From the UHGV virus genome UHGV-0205694: a stretch of DNA of 53,275 nucleotides. The stretch is one strand, 5' to 3'. The position numbers were made by a program, and so were the translations under genes. This document shows, piece by piece, positions 27,151 through 38,378 of this stretch. The notes under the pieces are model-generated. The model did no database searches and was not told the DNA's origin. It saw nothing but the letters and a program-made list of their open reading frames with translations. The DNA comes from a virus. How positions within the stretch are numbered: position 1 is the first letter of the stretch; each line of letters opens with the position of its first letter.

Positions 27151-27217
27151 TCATATCATTGTCTCCATCTTTTCCTGTGCTAACCTGTGTGCAAATGTTA
27201 ATGATGGGGATAGGGAT

Positions 27218-27616
27218 ATGAAAATACTGGGGTACATAATTGGAGCTTTCTTTGTGATCATTGTACTGGTGGTTGTGGTGACTAATGTATCAGACCCCTC
27301 CCCAAGCGATGCCACTTCTTTTGTTGAAAAAGGGGTGCGTAACATGATGAAAGACCCTGACTCAGCAACTTTTGATAATGTTAGATTTTATCCAGACTCA
27401 AGTCCACAGGGTGAAGAGATAAGCGGTGCTGTCTGTGGATATGTTAATGGAAAGAATAGCTTTAATGCATACACTGGAAGGGTACGATTCTTTTCAAGAA
27501 TAACCGTATCCAACAATGGAAGAACAGCCGATTACTCAAGTCCGACTGTCGAAGATCCAAGTAATCCAATTTCTGTCGGAGGGATGGATAATGCTTGGAG
27601 TGAGTCATGCAAGTAA
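27218..27616 (+). CDS. membrane-anchored moron protein (132 aa) between tail chaperone and tape measure
   Basis: N-terminal TMD (ILGYIIGAFFVIIVLVVVV), low GC, own terminator downstream. Confidence 0.45.
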   Translation: MKILGYIIGAFFVIIVLVVVVTNVSDPSPSDATSFVEKGVRNMMKDPDSATFDNVRFYPDSSPQGEEISGAVCGYVNGKNSFNAYTGRVRFFSRITVSNNGRTADYSSPTVEDPSNPISVGGMDNAWSESCK

Positions 27617-27743
27617 TCTATATGATTATTTAATTCCTTAGTTCATCCAGTCGGTTCTTCTGTTAAGTGTAGAGTTTTTTTCTTCGCTTTTAAGATTTAT
27701 TGCGAATAAACACTTGTTATGCGAAGAATTACCCGATGTGACG

Positions 27744-27770
27744 AACCTCGCCTAGGCGAGGTTTTTTATT
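27744..27770 (+). terminator. rho-independent terminator
   Basis: AACCTCGCC-TA-GGCGAGGTT followed by TTTTTTATT; near-copy of the tR' hairpin. Confidence 0.6.
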
Positions 27771-27786
27771 GCCTGGAGAAAAATAA

Positions 27787-30700
27787 ATGTCAGAACAAGA
27801 ATCAAGACTAGCGATACGCCTTGACAGCTCCGGGGCAGAGAAGCAAGCCGATAGCCTGGCGGTGGCTCTGGTAAAAATGACGCGCGCGGGTGAAGAGGCT
27901 GAAAGAGCAGCCGACGATCTGGGGGATGCAACTCAAAATCTAAATTCACGCCTTAGGGATGGTGCGACTGCAACAGGAAGAGCGACAAAATTTACTGAGG
28001 AGCAGCGAGAGGCATTTCGTAAACTCCGCGATCAGATTGATCCCGTGGGTGCTGCCATAGACAGAATTGGCAAAAAATACTCCGAACTTAAAGGATATTT
28101 TGACCGTGGTCAGATTGATCTTGAGGAGTATCGCTCGTTAGCGAAAAGCCTTGATGCTGCCACTAATGAATTAACTGGTGTGGCGAAGGCAGAGCGTGAA
28201 GCTGCAAAAGCAGCTGATGAGCAAAAAGCTGCATTACAGCGCCTAGCTGCACAGCTAGATCCTATATCTGATGGTTTTCGAAAAATTGCTGACAACCAGA
28301 AATTGTTGGATAGCGCAAAATCTAACGGAATGCTCTCTACAGAGCAGTACGACTCACTTTCTGGAAAGTTAAAACAAATGCGAGGCGAGCTTGAGTTGAC
28401 TCAGGCCCAACTCGGAAAAACGGGAATGTCAGCCAGACAAACCGCTTTTGCCATGCGCATGATCCCCGCACAGATGACTGATATCGTTGTCGGCCTCTCC
28501 ACTGGTCAATCTCCATTTATGGTGCTCATGCAGCAGGGCGGTCAGCTTAAGGATATGTTCGGCGGTATTGGCCCAGCGATTAAAGGCGTTGGCGGGTATG
28601 TAGTAGGGTTGATTAACCCCTTTACTCTGGCCGCTGCGGCGGTCGGTGTACTTGGTTTGGCTTATTACAAAGGTTCTCAGGAACAGGACGAGTTTTATAA
28701 ATCTCTTGTTCTTACTGGTAATCAGGTAAACAAAACATCTGGCCAACTTGCCGATATAGCTGCTCGCGCTGGAGTTGCAGCGGATTCAACCACAGGCAAG
28801 GCTGCATCAACACTTAATCTGTTAGTGTCATCGGGGAAGGTTGCTGGCGATTCGCTGGAGCGCGTGACAGCAGCTATCGTTAAGATCAGTGACGCGACGG
28901 GTATTGCTACCGATAAGTTGGTAAGCGACTTCAACGATATCGCCGCCGACCCGGTTGCAGCTATTACCAAGCTGAATGACCAGTACCACTTTCTGACGCT
29001 GGCGACCTACAACCAGATTAAAGCGCTTCAGGATGAAGGGAATCAACAGGAAGCTGCTCGCGTGGCGACTGATGCTTATGCTAACACCATGCAGCAACGA
29101 GCGAATGATATTCATGAGAATCTCGGTCTTCTGGAACGGGGGTGGAATTCTGTTACCAATGCCATAAAAGGGGCTACAGATGCATTATTGGATTTTGGCC
29201 GCGAAAAGGGACCATCTGAAAGATTAGCAGAGATAAGAAAAGAAATTGATTGGATCGATAAGGCTGCTGGCGGGAAGTTTTTTTTTGGTGGAAGAAAGAA
29301 TGAACTCGAAGCCGAGCTAAATAATCTTCAATCTCAAATCACCACTGAAAGCGTTTTAACTGGAATAATCAGCAATCATGACAAAGCAGAACAAAAGCGC
29401 ATTAAAACTCAGCAGGAAGCGGATCGAGTTAACCAGCAATATCTCAGCAATGCGGACAAGCGCAATAAAGCCATTAAGCAGCAGAGTGAGTTCCTGAAGG
29501 CTGGCGCAATCACAGCGGACCAATACGCTAAAAACGTTTCCCGCATTAACGAGATGTATAAGGATCCAAAAGCACCTAAAACGCCAAAGGAAAAAGCCTT
29601 TACAGAGGACGCCGCAACCCGACTGCTCGACCAGATTAACCAGCAGACTGCAGCCATGCAGTCCCAACTGGATGCCAGCGACAAGTTGAATAGCGCAACA
29701 CAGGCGCGGGTTAAGTTCGAGCAACAGATCGCTGACCTCAAGTCTAAAACGCAGCTCACTGCTGACCAGAAGTCGATCCTTTCCCGTTCAGATGAAATCC
29801 TCCAGGCGTATAAGCAGCAGGAGGCACTGCAAAATTCCGTAAAAACCCTGGACGATTATCGGAAGATGCAGGAAGAGATAACGCCGAAGGAGCTACGACA
29901 GAACGAGACGCTGCAAAAACGTCTCGAAATCCTGCAAAAGATGGTCGATCTCAAAAAGCTATCACCGGAAGACGCAGGGCAGCAGGCCAGCGATCTGATT
30001 GGTAAATCTGTACTTCCTGATTCCGTTATCTCAGGGGTGAACAAAGCTGGTGGAACGCTTACTTCTGGTGCGACTAATAGCGACCTGTCAGGGCAGGGTC
30101 TGAACATGATAGGGCTGCAAATTGACCCGCAACTTGAAATCATCGAGAAGCTGAAAGTTGCCCAGACTGATTATGCGGCCTGGCTGAATCAGCAACAGCA
30201 GGCGATAACGCAGAGCACCGTCCTGAATGAGCAGCAGAAGCAGCAGCAGCTACTGGCCTTACAGCAACAGGGCCAGCAGAATCAGGAGGCATTAACTACG
30301 GCTGTCTACGTTGCGCAGATGCAATCCGCTCAAAACTCCTTCTCCAGCATCACCGATTCGATGGGAACTATGTTTGGCGAGCAATCCGCGATGTATAAAG
30401 CTGCTTTTGTGACGCAGAAGGCATTCGCTATCGCTCAGGCAGCCCTGCAGCTTCCTATGGCGATGGGGCAGGCGATGGCTGGCTTGCCGTTCCCGGCTAA
30501 CCTTGCAGCTGTCGCTCAGGTTATCGGGCTCATGGCCTCCATTACTTCCAGCATCACCAGTGCCGCTGCTGTTGGCTTCGCCTCTGGCGGTTATACCGGC
30601 CCCGGCGGTAAGTATCAGCCCGCAGGTATCGTTCATAAAGGTGAATACGTCTTTGACCAGGCGTCAACGAACCGGATCGGGGTGTCTCAGCTTGAGGCGC

Positions 30701-30990
30701 TTCGGAATGGTAAACCGCTCGATGCCACGCTCAGCAAACCGGGTTTTGGGACCGGGGTGCAGAACGTGAATAGTGATAACAGCAGGAAAACCACTATTCA
30801 CGCACCGATAGAACAGCATTTCCATTCACCTGCTGGTGTAACCCCTGACCAGATGGCTATCTCCATGGCACAAACGCAGAAGCGGGCGACAACAGATGCG
30901 CTTAATCAGGTTGCAGCGCAAGTGCTGAAGGGGGACGGGAAAGTTGGAAACGCAATGCGCAATAAATACCCGGGAAGGGGGATAGGTTGA
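27787..30990 (+). CDS. tail tape measure protein
   Basis: 1067 aa, coiled-coil rich, Gly/Ala-rich hydrophobic central segments; follows G/G-T. Confidence 0.85.
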   Translation: MSEQESRLAIRLDSSGAEKQADSLAVALVKMTRAGEEAERAADDLGDATQNLNSRLRDGATATGRATKFTEEQREAFRKLRDQIDPVGAAIDRIGKKYSELKGYFDRGQIDLEEYRSLAKSLDAATNELTGVAKAEREAAKAADEQKAALQRLAAQLDPISDGFRKIADNQKLLDSAKSNGMLSTEQYDSLSGKLKQMRGELELTQAQLGKTGMSARQTAFAMRMIPAQMTDIVVGLSTGQSPFMVLMQQGGQLKDMFGGIGPAIKGVGGYVVGLINPFTLAAAAVGVLGLAYYKGSQEQDEFYKSLVLTGNQVNKTSGQLADIAARAGVAADSTTGKAASTLNLLVSSGKVAGDSLERVTAAIVKISDATGIATDKLVSDFNDIAADPVAAITKLNDQYHFLTLATYNQIKALQDEGNQQEAARVATDAYANTMQQRANDIHENLGLLERGWNSVTNAIKGATDALLDFGREKGPSERLAEIRKEIDWIDKAAGGKFFFGGRKNELEAELNNLQSQITTESVLTGIISNHDKAEQKRIKTQQEADRVNQQYLSNADKRNKAIKQQSEFLKAGAITADQYAKNVSRINEMYKDPKAPKTPKEKAFTEDAATRLLDQINQQTAAMQSQLDASDKLNSATQARVKFEQQIADLKSKTQLTADQKSILSRSDEILQAYKQQEALQNSVKTLDDYRKMQEEITPKELRQNETLQKRLEILQKMVDLKKLSPEDAGQQASDLIGKSVLPDSVISGVNKAGGTLTSGATNSDLSGQGLNMIGLQIDPQLEIIEKLKVAQTDYAAWLNQQQQAITQSTVLNEQQKQQQLLALQQQGQQNQEALTTAVYVAQMQSAQNSFSSITDSMGTMFGEQSAMYKAAFVTQKAFAIAQAALQLPMAMGQAMAGLPFPANLAAVAQVIGLMASITSSITSAAAVGFASGGYTGPGGKYQPAGIVHKGEYVFDQASTNRIGVSQLEALRNGKPLDATLSKPGFGTGVQNVNSDNSRKTTIHAPIEQHFHSPAGVTPDQMAISMAQTQKRATTDALNQVAAQVLKGDGKVGNAMRNKYPGRGIG

Positions 30991-31463
30991 TGGCCAATAT
31001 CTACTACCCACATGACTATCTTCCAATGCCACTGCAGGAAGGATACGGATTCCAGCCTGTAAGCCCATTAAAACGAACTCAGCTAACCACCGGCCGCGCG
31101 CGGCAAAGGCGAGCTTATACGTCAACGCCGACGCAGGCCAGTATCGCCTGGTTCATGGAAAACGATGCTCAGGGACTGGCGTTTGAATCGTGGTTCCGCG
31201 ATGCATTATCTGATGGTGCGGCTTGGTTCCTGATGAAGCTGCAGACGCCGGCGGGCATTAAGTTTTATAAATGCCGGTTTACGGATATTTATCAGGGGCC
31301 GGAGCTGGTTGCGCCAATTTACTGGAAATATTCAGCGACTCTGGAGTTATGGGAACGTCCGCTTATTCCGGCACCGTGGGGTAATTACCCGGAATGGATT
31401 GTCGGTAGCTCGCTGCTCGATATCGCGCTGAATAAGGAGTGGCCAAAGCATGACGCAGATTAA
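30990..31463 (+). CDS. distal tail protein, putative
   Basis: Position after the tape measure; overlapping stop/start. Confidence 0.5.
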   Translation: MANIYYPHDYLPMPLQEGYGFQPVSPLKRTQLTTGRARQRRAYTSTPTQASIAWFMENDAQGLAFESWFRDALSDGAAWFLMKLQTPAGIKFYKCRFTDIYQGPELVAPIYWKYSATLELWERPLIPAPWGNYPEWIVGSSLLDIALNKEWPKHDAD

Positions 31464-31932
31464 CCGCCTTTATGCCAGCAGCGGGCCGGAGGTGATCATT
31501 GAAACGCTGCAGATAACTATCGGTTCTGATGTTCACTACCTCTGCCAGGGTTATGAGGATATTACCGCGACGACGGAGAACGGCGATACCGTAACATTTA
31601 CCGCCTGTGCGATAGACATTGCACTGCCGGCGCGCAATGCGGACGGTACGCAAGATTTGAAATTTGCCCTGTGCAATATCGATGGTGTTGTATCCACGGC
31701 GATCCGCAATGCGCTGGCGAACCGCCTTTCTGCGTCGCTGACTTACCGGAGTTATATTTCCACGGATTTAGCGGCGCCTGCAGCGGTTCCGTACACGTTG
31801 CAGATTAAATCAGGATACTGGACGGCGACAGAAGTGCAGATCACCGCGGGCTATATGAATGTCCTCGATACAGCCTGGCCGCGGTACCGCTATACGCTCC
31901 CATCATTCCCCGGTCTGCGTTACATCAGCTAA
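31450..31932 (+). CDS. minor tail protein, putative
   Basis: Position. Confidence 0.45.
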   Translation: MTQINRLYASSGPEVIIETLQITIGSDVHYLCQGYEDITATTENGDTVTFTACAIDIALPARNADGTQDLKFALCNIDGVVSTAIRNALANRLSASLTYRSYISTDLAAPAAVPYTLQIKSGYWTATEVQITAGYMNVLDTAWPRYRYTLPSFPGLRYIS

Positions 31933-31941
31933 GGAATCCCA

Positions 31942-32322
31942 ATGTTTAACCCTGATAAATACCTTTCAGTCACCTGGCTGAAGGGCGGCAGAGTGTATCC
32001 GCAACTCGACTGCTTCGGCATTGTGAACGAAATCCGGGCGGACCTTGGGCTGCCTCTCTGGCCTGAGTTCGCCGGGGTAACCAAAGACGACGACGGGCTC
32101 GACCGCGAAGCGCGCCGGATGATGCTTTCACTGGAACGCTGCGAACCTTGTGAAGGTGCCGGGGTTGCCTGCTATTCCGGTTCAGCAGTCACCCATGTGG
32201 GGATCGTCGTCAATATCGGTGGCATGCTGCACGTGGCGGAATGCAATCCGGTCACGAACGTCACCTTTCTGCTTTTACCGCGATTTAAGCGGCGATTTGT
32301 CAAAGTGGAGTTCTGGCAATGA
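31942..32322 (+). CDS. NlpC/P60-like tail protein (lambda K-like), putative
   Basis: Cys...His spacing (DCFGIV...THVGIV); position before the host-specificity protein. Confidence 0.45.
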   Translation: MFNPDKYLSVTWLKGGRVYPQLDCFGIVNEIRADLGLPLWPEFAGVTKDDDGLDREARRMMLSLERCEPCEGAGVACYSGSAVTHVGIVVNIGGMLHVAECNPVTNVTFLLLPRFKRRFVKVEFWQ

Positions 32323-35300
32323 CTATTCGTTTTTACCCGTCGCGGCTGCCTGGTGAACCGCTGGAAACGCATGAGCATGGCGTTACCACCATTCGCAGCT
32401 GGCTGGTTGCCAATGTCGAAGATTATGAGGATCGGGATGTTCCTCCGCTGGCTATTGAACTGGATGGCCAGCCGGTACCACCTGGCGAATGGGCGTTTTG
32501 CATCATCCGGCCGGAGAGCGATGTCCGCATGTACCCGGTTCCTTTCGGGCTTGAAGTAGCAACGATCGCATGGATAGGGGTAGGTATCGCCGTGGCAACG
32601 GCGGCTTATTCACTGTTCATGATGGGTAATATTGATGCTGGTGGCTATACGTCATCCACCGGACGAAGCCTCGACCTGAACCCCGCGAAAGCAAACAGCG
32701 CGAAACTGGGTGATGCGATTCGTGAAGTTTTTGGGCGCGTACGTATTTATCCGGATTATGTTGTGCAGCCCGTTACCCGGTTCGATGCTGCCGATCCCAC
32801 GAAAATGCGCGTACAGATGCTGCTGTGCCTTGGTGTCGGAGCTCTGGATTATACCAATGGCGATATCCGGGTTGGCAGCACGCCTGCATCGACCCTGCCG
32901 GGATTCAGCAGCACGCATTATCCCCCTGGTGCGGACGTATCAGGTGATGAGCGCAGTGAAAACTGGTTCAACAGTACGGAGGTGGGCGGGACGTCATCCG
33001 GTACCGGGCTGGACATGGCCCAGACGTCGCCGGATGCGGACGACATTATCGCAGACAGCATGACCGTTGCCGGAGCAGATGTAACGTTTACCGGGCTGGA
33101 CACGGATGACGGCGATGATGACGACGAGAACGACAATTCTCTTCCGGATAGCTGGGTAGAAGGCGCGATTGTTGAGATAAAGGCTCCCGCCAACTACCAG
33201 ATATCAACGGCGGCCGGGTACAGTGTTATCGCGAGTCCGCTGCTGACGGAGATCGCGCCGGTGGTTGGTATGCCGGTGACGCTGGGGTTTAACTCAGTCG
33301 ATTACGATCTGTTTATCGCGTCATATACACCGGGTCAGGCCGCCGTCCCCGGCGTCGGTGGCAGCGCTGCCAAAATTCAGGCCAGCGCAGCCCCTACCAC
33401 CTACGACTTTTCGACCAGCTCCAGCACGTTCACGATCACGTGGCGTGGCACAACTTATACGGTGTCGCTGGTGGCGAACTATGTCTCAATGTCGGGACTG
33501 CTGGCGGCCATCACCGAGGGGCTGACTGGCTCCGGTCTGGTCGCGCAGGACAACGGCGGCACCGTACTGATAACCGAGTCGGCCAGTCCGTTCGCGGGTG
33601 GGGCGGTCTCATCCTCTTCGCTGCCTGCTGCCGTTTTCGGTGATGCTCCGGTTTATACCTCCGGTACGGCGTCAACCGGCGGCAGCCCGGCGGTAACAGC
33701 AAACGTGACACTCGCCTATAACAGCGCCACGGGAACGGCCTTTTCCGGGATGCCGGAGGGGGTGCAACGGCTTTCACTTGCTCACCGCGGGAATGAGTAC
33801 CGGATTGTGTCAGCTGACGGCACGACGGCGACAGTGGGGCGCCTGGTAAACGGTGCAGTTGATGAGTCATGGCCGGGATTCACCACCAGGACGATGATCG
33901 ACTATGAGGCCACTGGCCTCAACGACACACTGAGCTGGCTGGGGCCGTTCCTGGTCTGTCCTGAAAATGAAACTGTGGATATGTTCGAAGTGAATTTTTC
34001 CTTTCCGAACGGCATCTGCGGTTTTGACAGCAAGGGCAAAAAACGACTCCGGCATGTTGAGTGGGAAATTCAGTATCGGATTTACGGCTCCGGCTCTGGG
34101 TGGGTCAGTAAACAGGGCGAGTACGCGCTGAAGAACGTCAACGGTCTGGGCTTTACTGAGCGGATTACACTCGGTTCACCTGGGCTTGTAGAGGTTCGTT
34201 GCCGACGGCGCAACGAACAGGGCTCCAATAATGCCAGGGATTCGATGTACTGGCAGGCACTGCGCGGGCGCCTGCTGACGCGTCCTTCATCCTATCCCGG
34301 CGTGTCGCTGATGGCGGTGACCGTCGAGACGGGCGGGAAGCTGGCGGCGCAGTCTGACCGCCGCGTAAACGTTGTTGGGACTCGTGCCTATGAAACCGGA
34401 ACGGCCAGAACCATTTCGGGGGCGCTGCTGCATGTCGGGAACTCGCTGGGACTGGAGATGGATGTCGACACCATCAACGCGCTGGAGTCTGCGTACTGGA
34501 CGCCACGGGGAGAGTATTTCGATTACGCTACCGGCGACAGTATCTCAGCGCTGGAAATGCTGCAGAAGATTACCACAGCGGGGAAATCGTATTTTCTGCT
34601 GAGTGATGGGCTCGCATCCGTAGGCAGGGAAGGGGTTAAGAACTGGTCGGGGATCATCAGCCCGCATGAAATGACCGAAGAACTGCAGACTAGTTTTACG
34701 GCACCGTCTGCTGATGATTACGATGGCGTTGATGTGACATATATCAACGGCATCACCTGGGCAGAGGAGACTGTGAAATGCCGAACACCCGACAATCCCA
34801 CGCCGGTGAAAATCGAGAACTACAAACTCGATGGGGTACTCAATCAGGACCACGCTTACCAGATAGGTATGCGGCGTCTGATGAAATATTTGCATCAGCG
34901 GCTGGGTCATAATACGACGACTGAGCTGGATGCACTGGTATATGAGTACGGTGATCGCATCCTGCTGACAGATGATATTCCAGGGAATAAAACCGTGAGT
35001 TGTCTGGTCGTGGATATGGCCACAACGGGTATCGAAACGGTATTTACCGTTTCCGAACAGCTGGACTGGACCTTTGAAAACCCGCGCGCAATTTTGCGCT
35101 ACCAGGATGGCTCTGCCTCGGGGCTGCTGGAGGCCACTTTCGTCGGGGATTATCAGCTGTCTGTTCCATGGCAAGCCGCTTTCGATGAAATCATGCTGAA
35201 CGATCCGAGCATTGAACCGCCGCGACTGGTGTTCTGTAGCTCAACGCGGGGTATCTATGACGCCATATTTGAGGAGATAGCGCCGCAGGCAGACGGAACC

Positions 35301-35378
35301 TGCCAGGTGACTGCAAGACAGTACAGCGACATTTACTACCAGTACGACGACGCCACATACCCCGGCGACGTCGCTTAA
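32319..35378 (+). CDS. tail host-specificity / central fibre protein (J-like)
   Basis: 1019 aa; position and size. Confidence 0.7.
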   Translation: MTIRFYPSRLPGEPLETHEHGVTTIRSWLVANVEDYEDRDVPPLAIELDGQPVPPGEWAFCIIRPESDVRMYPVPFGLEVATIAWIGVGIAVATAAYSLFMMGNIDAGGYTSSTGRSLDLNPAKANSAKLGDAIREVFGRVRIYPDYVVQPVTRFDAADPTKMRVQMLLCLGVGALDYTNGDIRVGSTPASTLPGFSSTHYPPGADVSGDERSENWFNSTEVGGTSSGTGLDMAQTSPDADDIIADSMTVAGADVTFTGLDTDDGDDDDENDNSLPDSWVEGAIVEIKAPANYQISTAAGYSVIASPLLTEIAPVVGMPVTLGFNSVDYDLFIASYTPGQAAVPGVGGSAAKIQASAAPTTYDFSTSSSTFTITWRGTTYTVSLVANYVSMSGLLAAITEGLTGSGLVAQDNGGTVLITESASPFAGGAVSSSSLPAAVFGDAPVYTSGTASTGGSPAVTANVTLAYNSATGTAFSGMPEGVQRLSLAHRGNEYRIVSADGTTATVGRLVNGAVDESWPGFTTRTMIDYEATGLNDTLSWLGPFLVCPENETVDMFEVNFSFPNGICGFDSKGKKRLRHVEWEIQYRIYGSGSGWVSKQGEYALKNVNGLGFTERITLGSPGLVEVRCRRRNEQGSNNARDSMYWQALRGRLLTRPSSYPGVSLMAVTVETGGKLAAQSDRRVNVVGTRAYETGTARTISGALLHVGNSLGLEMDVDTINALESAYWTPRGEYFDYATGDSISALEMLQKITTAGKSYFLLSDGLASVGREGVKNWSGIISPHEMTEELQTSFTAPSADDYDGVDVTYINGITWAEETVKCRTPDNPTPVKIENYKLDGVLNQDHAYQIGMRRLMKYLHQRLGHNTTTELDALVYEYGDRILLTDDIPGNKTVSCLVVDMATTGIETVFTVSEQLDWTFENPRAILRYQDGSASGLLEATFVGDYQLSVPWQAAFDEIMLNDPSIEPPRLVFCSSTRGIYDAIFEEIAPQADGTCQVTARQYSDIYYQYDDATYPGDVA

Positions 35379-35407
35379 TACCCCATAAAAACCCCTTATT
35401 AACTCTT

Positions 35408-35433
35408 TTCGCACAAACCCTCGTTTGGGCGAA
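35408..35433 (+). other. hix/gix-like 26-bp inversion crossover site (left)
   Basis: TTCGCACAAACC-CT-CGTTTGGGCGAA is an imperfect palindrome resembling gix TTCCTGTAAACC-GA-GGTTTTGGATAA; an inverted copy lies at 41522-41547. Confidence 0.5.
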
Positions 35434-35455
35434 CGCCTTTTTTGGAGCAAAAAAC

Positions 35456-37603
35456 ATGGCCTTTAACCCGGAGCTGGGGAGTACTTCTCCGGCGGTGCTG
35501 CTCGATAATGCCGAGCGCCTGGATAAGCTGGTGAACTCGGACGCTCTCACCGTGCCTGATCGCGCGGATGTTGATCTGGATACCTGGCGCGGATTCATGG
35601 CGAAAAATGACGAGATTCGTCAGAACCTTGTGCCATTGAGTAAGCAGTACATGACGCCTGAAGCGGCTCAGGCTGATATTGCAAACATCCCGGATGGCTC
35701 AACAACCTATGTACGCAGCCCTGATGATGCTTATCTGGCTGTTGAATACAAGAACACGGGTGGAACGTTAGAGGCTACCGGGCGCAGGATGATTTCAGCG
35801 GGATATGTTGACGCGTTGAGGGATTTAGTTATCACCGAACTGGCGAAGATTATGGCCTTCGGTGCCGCGCAGACAACTGATGCTTATCCGGATATTGCTG
35901 AACTGATTCTTGATAGTGTAGGGAATGCAGTTTATCGCCGCTTCGCGGACGGAACGAGCCAGTTTCCGGCGCTGATGATTGGTTCAGGGATTGAGCTTGT
36001 GCAAATGACGGGCGGAGGGTTTGTCTGCCAGATGCGCGCCACCGGAGAAGAAATATTTAATATTTCTGCATTGGGTAACCTGACGCATGGCAGCCAGACA
36101 ACGTGGTTTGCTGATGATGACAGTGTCAGTGATTATGCTGAAATACATATGGACGGACAGGGAAGAATTTTTCGGAGAGTTCTCACGGATGGTACTGTGG
36201 AGCAAGTGGGTGATGATACACCTGATGATGACGCCTCTGAATTCCCAATGGTTGCTTCAGTTGATGGAAACATCATTGCAGTAAACGGCAACAACGTTAC
36301 TCAGATAACGAACGACACCGGAGTTTCAAATATTGCTCCTGTAGCATTCGCTAAATTTCTTCGTTTTCTGTCCAACCTTAGCGGCAACTATCTGACGAAT
36401 CGCTCTACGTATAACGGGAAATACCGGGTGCGTGAAAGCAAGAATATCCTGCTTCATTACATTGGCACCGGGCAATCTCTTAAAGCAGGGGGATCGACGA
36501 TTAGCCAGGCTCCTGTCACTATCGCCTCAGAAGCAGACTATGGAGTGATCAGCTTTTCAACTGGCCCGAAGGTCGATTTCAAATACGATACTCTGGACGA
36601 ATCCCTGCTGGGATCGGCCACCCCTGCGCGAGAAAACGTGGGGACCCGTCCCGGCCAGGAGTCACCATCCAGCGGCATAGCTTATAAAATTCATGAGCTG
36701 ACAGGGCATACCGTTTTGGCCTCCACCGCTGCAAGTTCGGGTACAGATATTGCGGGGATTTCGGCTGGAACCGCCACGTTTACCGCCGCCACCAAAATGA
36801 TTCAGGCGGCCGTTGCGATGGCTGATGAACTGGGCATGGAGTATGTCCCGGTACTTGTGCTCATCCACGGAAACCAGAATGCGGCAGCAGGAACATCGAT
36901 ATCCAGTTATCGCACAGCGATGGAAACCCTGCGCACTCAGTATGAGTCTGTAATAAATGCCGCAACAGGCGAAACGCAGTCACTGCACATGTTTGTCGGG
37001 CAGCTATCCAACACGATCCCATATGGTGGCACTGCCGGCACGACAAAAACCAATAACATTGGCATCGCGCAGTACCAGGAGGCCCGTGATAACGCGTTAA
37101 TCCATCTCGCCAGCGCACAATATGCCCGCCCGTATTCAGACGGGGAGCATCTGACAAGCGCAGGATATCGGACAGAAGGTGAAGTTATTGGCGCGGTGGT
37201 TGGTGGGTGGCTGAATGACAACACAAAATCCTCGCTTGTGCCGATAGAGTCTGGTGTTGTGCAGTCCGGCACCACAATCACTATTCCTGTGGCGGGCTGT
37301 GTAGGTGATCTCGTGATTGACACCGCGAGGGTCACTGACCCCGGCAACTACGGATTTGTCCTGACCAGGGCCACTATTGCTTCGGTAGCCGTCAGCGGCA
37401 GCGGAACAGCGGCAAAAATAGTTATCACAAAGACCGATTCCACCACTGCGACGGCAATATCTTATGCAAGCCAGGGGATTGCGGGACAAAACCCTGGACC
37501 CGTTACTGGTTCGCGGGGGTGCATTCGTGACTCTCAGTCTGGATCATCACTATCCGGCCTGCCTCTCTATAACGATCTATGCGTTTTCTCCATCCAGCTT
37601 TAA
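35456..37603 (+). CDS. tailspike/tail fibre A with SGNH(GDSL)-type esterase motifs
   Basis: N-terminal ~110 aa shared with the inverted gene at 38967-41498. Downstream motifs IGTGQS (block I), IHGNQN (block III) and DGEH (block V). Confidence 0.65.
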   Translation: MAFNPELGSTSPAVLLDNAERLDKLVNSDALTVPDRADVDLDTWRGFMAKNDEIRQNLVPLSKQYMTPEAAQADIANIPDGSTTYVRSPDDAYLAVEYKNTGGTLEATGRRMISAGYVDALRDLVITELAKIMAFGAAQTTDAYPDIAELILDSVGNAVYRRFADGTSQFPALMIGSGIELVQMTGGGFVCQMRATGEEIFNISALGNLTHGSQTTWFADDDSVSDYAEIHMDGQGRIFRRVLTDGTVEQVGDDTPDDDASEFPMVASVDGNIIAVNGNNVTQITNDTGVSNIAPVAFAKFLRFLSNLSGNYLTNRSTYNGKYRVRESKNILLHYIGTGQSLKAGGSTISQAPVTIASEADYGVISFSTGPKVDFKYDTLDESLLGSATPARENVGTRPGQESPSSGIAYKIHELTGHTVLASTAASSGTDIAGISAGTATFTAATKMIQAAVAMADELGMEYVPVLVLIHGNQNAAAGTSISSYRTAMETLRTQYESVINAATGETQSLHMFVGQLSNTIPYGGTAGTTKTNNIGIAQYQEARDNALIHLASAQYARPYSDGEHLTSAGYRTEGEVIGAVVGGWLNDNTKSSLVPIESGVVQSGTTITIPVAGCVGDLVIDTARVTDPGNYGFVLTRATIASVAVSGSGTAAKIVITKTDSTTATAISYASQGIAGQNPGPVTGSRGCIRDSQSGSSLSGLPLYNDLCVFSIQL

Positions 37604-37616
37604 AGGACTGTAAATC

Positions 37617-38369
37617 ATGACTACCCGCTTTTATGTTGATAACGGCGTGACAGCCACGCGTTACCTGGACACTTACCCGTATCCAAACGACATCACGCAA
37701 CTACCAGCACTGATCCCCGGTATTATTTTGCAGGCGGATTTCGATGTGAATGATCCCGCCTCATTAACCAGAAACCGGGTTGGGGCTGCTATGTCCGTTG
37801 TTGGCTCTCCTGCTCTGGGTGATTACGGCGTCAGCCTTACTGAGGTAAACCACCTTGATACGAACATCGACATAGCAGCATATAACGGCAGCGATCTGAC
37901 AATGGTGACAATTGCAGTTCATCCAGGCGTTGTTGGTGCAATTGTAGGGCGCGCACAAATGAATGCCCCCCAGCGCTCGCGTGCGACGCAGACTACAACG
38001 ACAGGATGGCAGGCAAAATGGCTGACGTCTGCCGGAGCGGCGCAGCAGGCCATTATTGTCCCGTCCAGTGCAGCGGTCGATGGCGAAATGGCAGTCAGTC
38101 GGTTTGTGCGAGACAACGGTAGCGGATCAATGCTGACTAAGCTTGATCTGCCACGCACATCACAGTCAGCAACCGGCACCGCAGCGACGACTCCTTATGC
38201 TGTACCTTCGTCAAACATTCTGCTGGGCGGTTCGGTTGAGGGAGGCACGACAGCGAATATCTCTATGCGGGCCTGTCTGATTGTATCCAGGTCAATTACG
38301 AATACTGAAATGGCAACTATTTACACCTGTTACAAAAACTACTATCAGCTGAAAGGTAAAACTATTTAA
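37617..38369 (+). CDS. accessory tail fibre protein for cassette A, hypothetical
   Basis: Position downstream of tailspike A inside the invertible segment. Confidence 0.4.
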   Translation: MTTRFYVDNGVTATRYLDTYPYPNDITQLPALIPGIILQADFDVNDPASLTRNRVGAAMSVVGSPALGDYGVSLTEVNHLDTNIDIAAYNGSDLTMVTIAVHPGVVGAIVGRAQMNAPQRSRATQTTTTGWQAKWLTSAGAAQQAIIVPSSAAVDGEMAVSRFVRDNGSGSMLTKLDLPRTSQSATGTAATTPYAVPSSNILLGGSVEGGTTANISMRACLIVSRSITNTEMATIYTCYKNYYQLKGKTI

Positions 38370-38378
38370 GGGGCAAGT

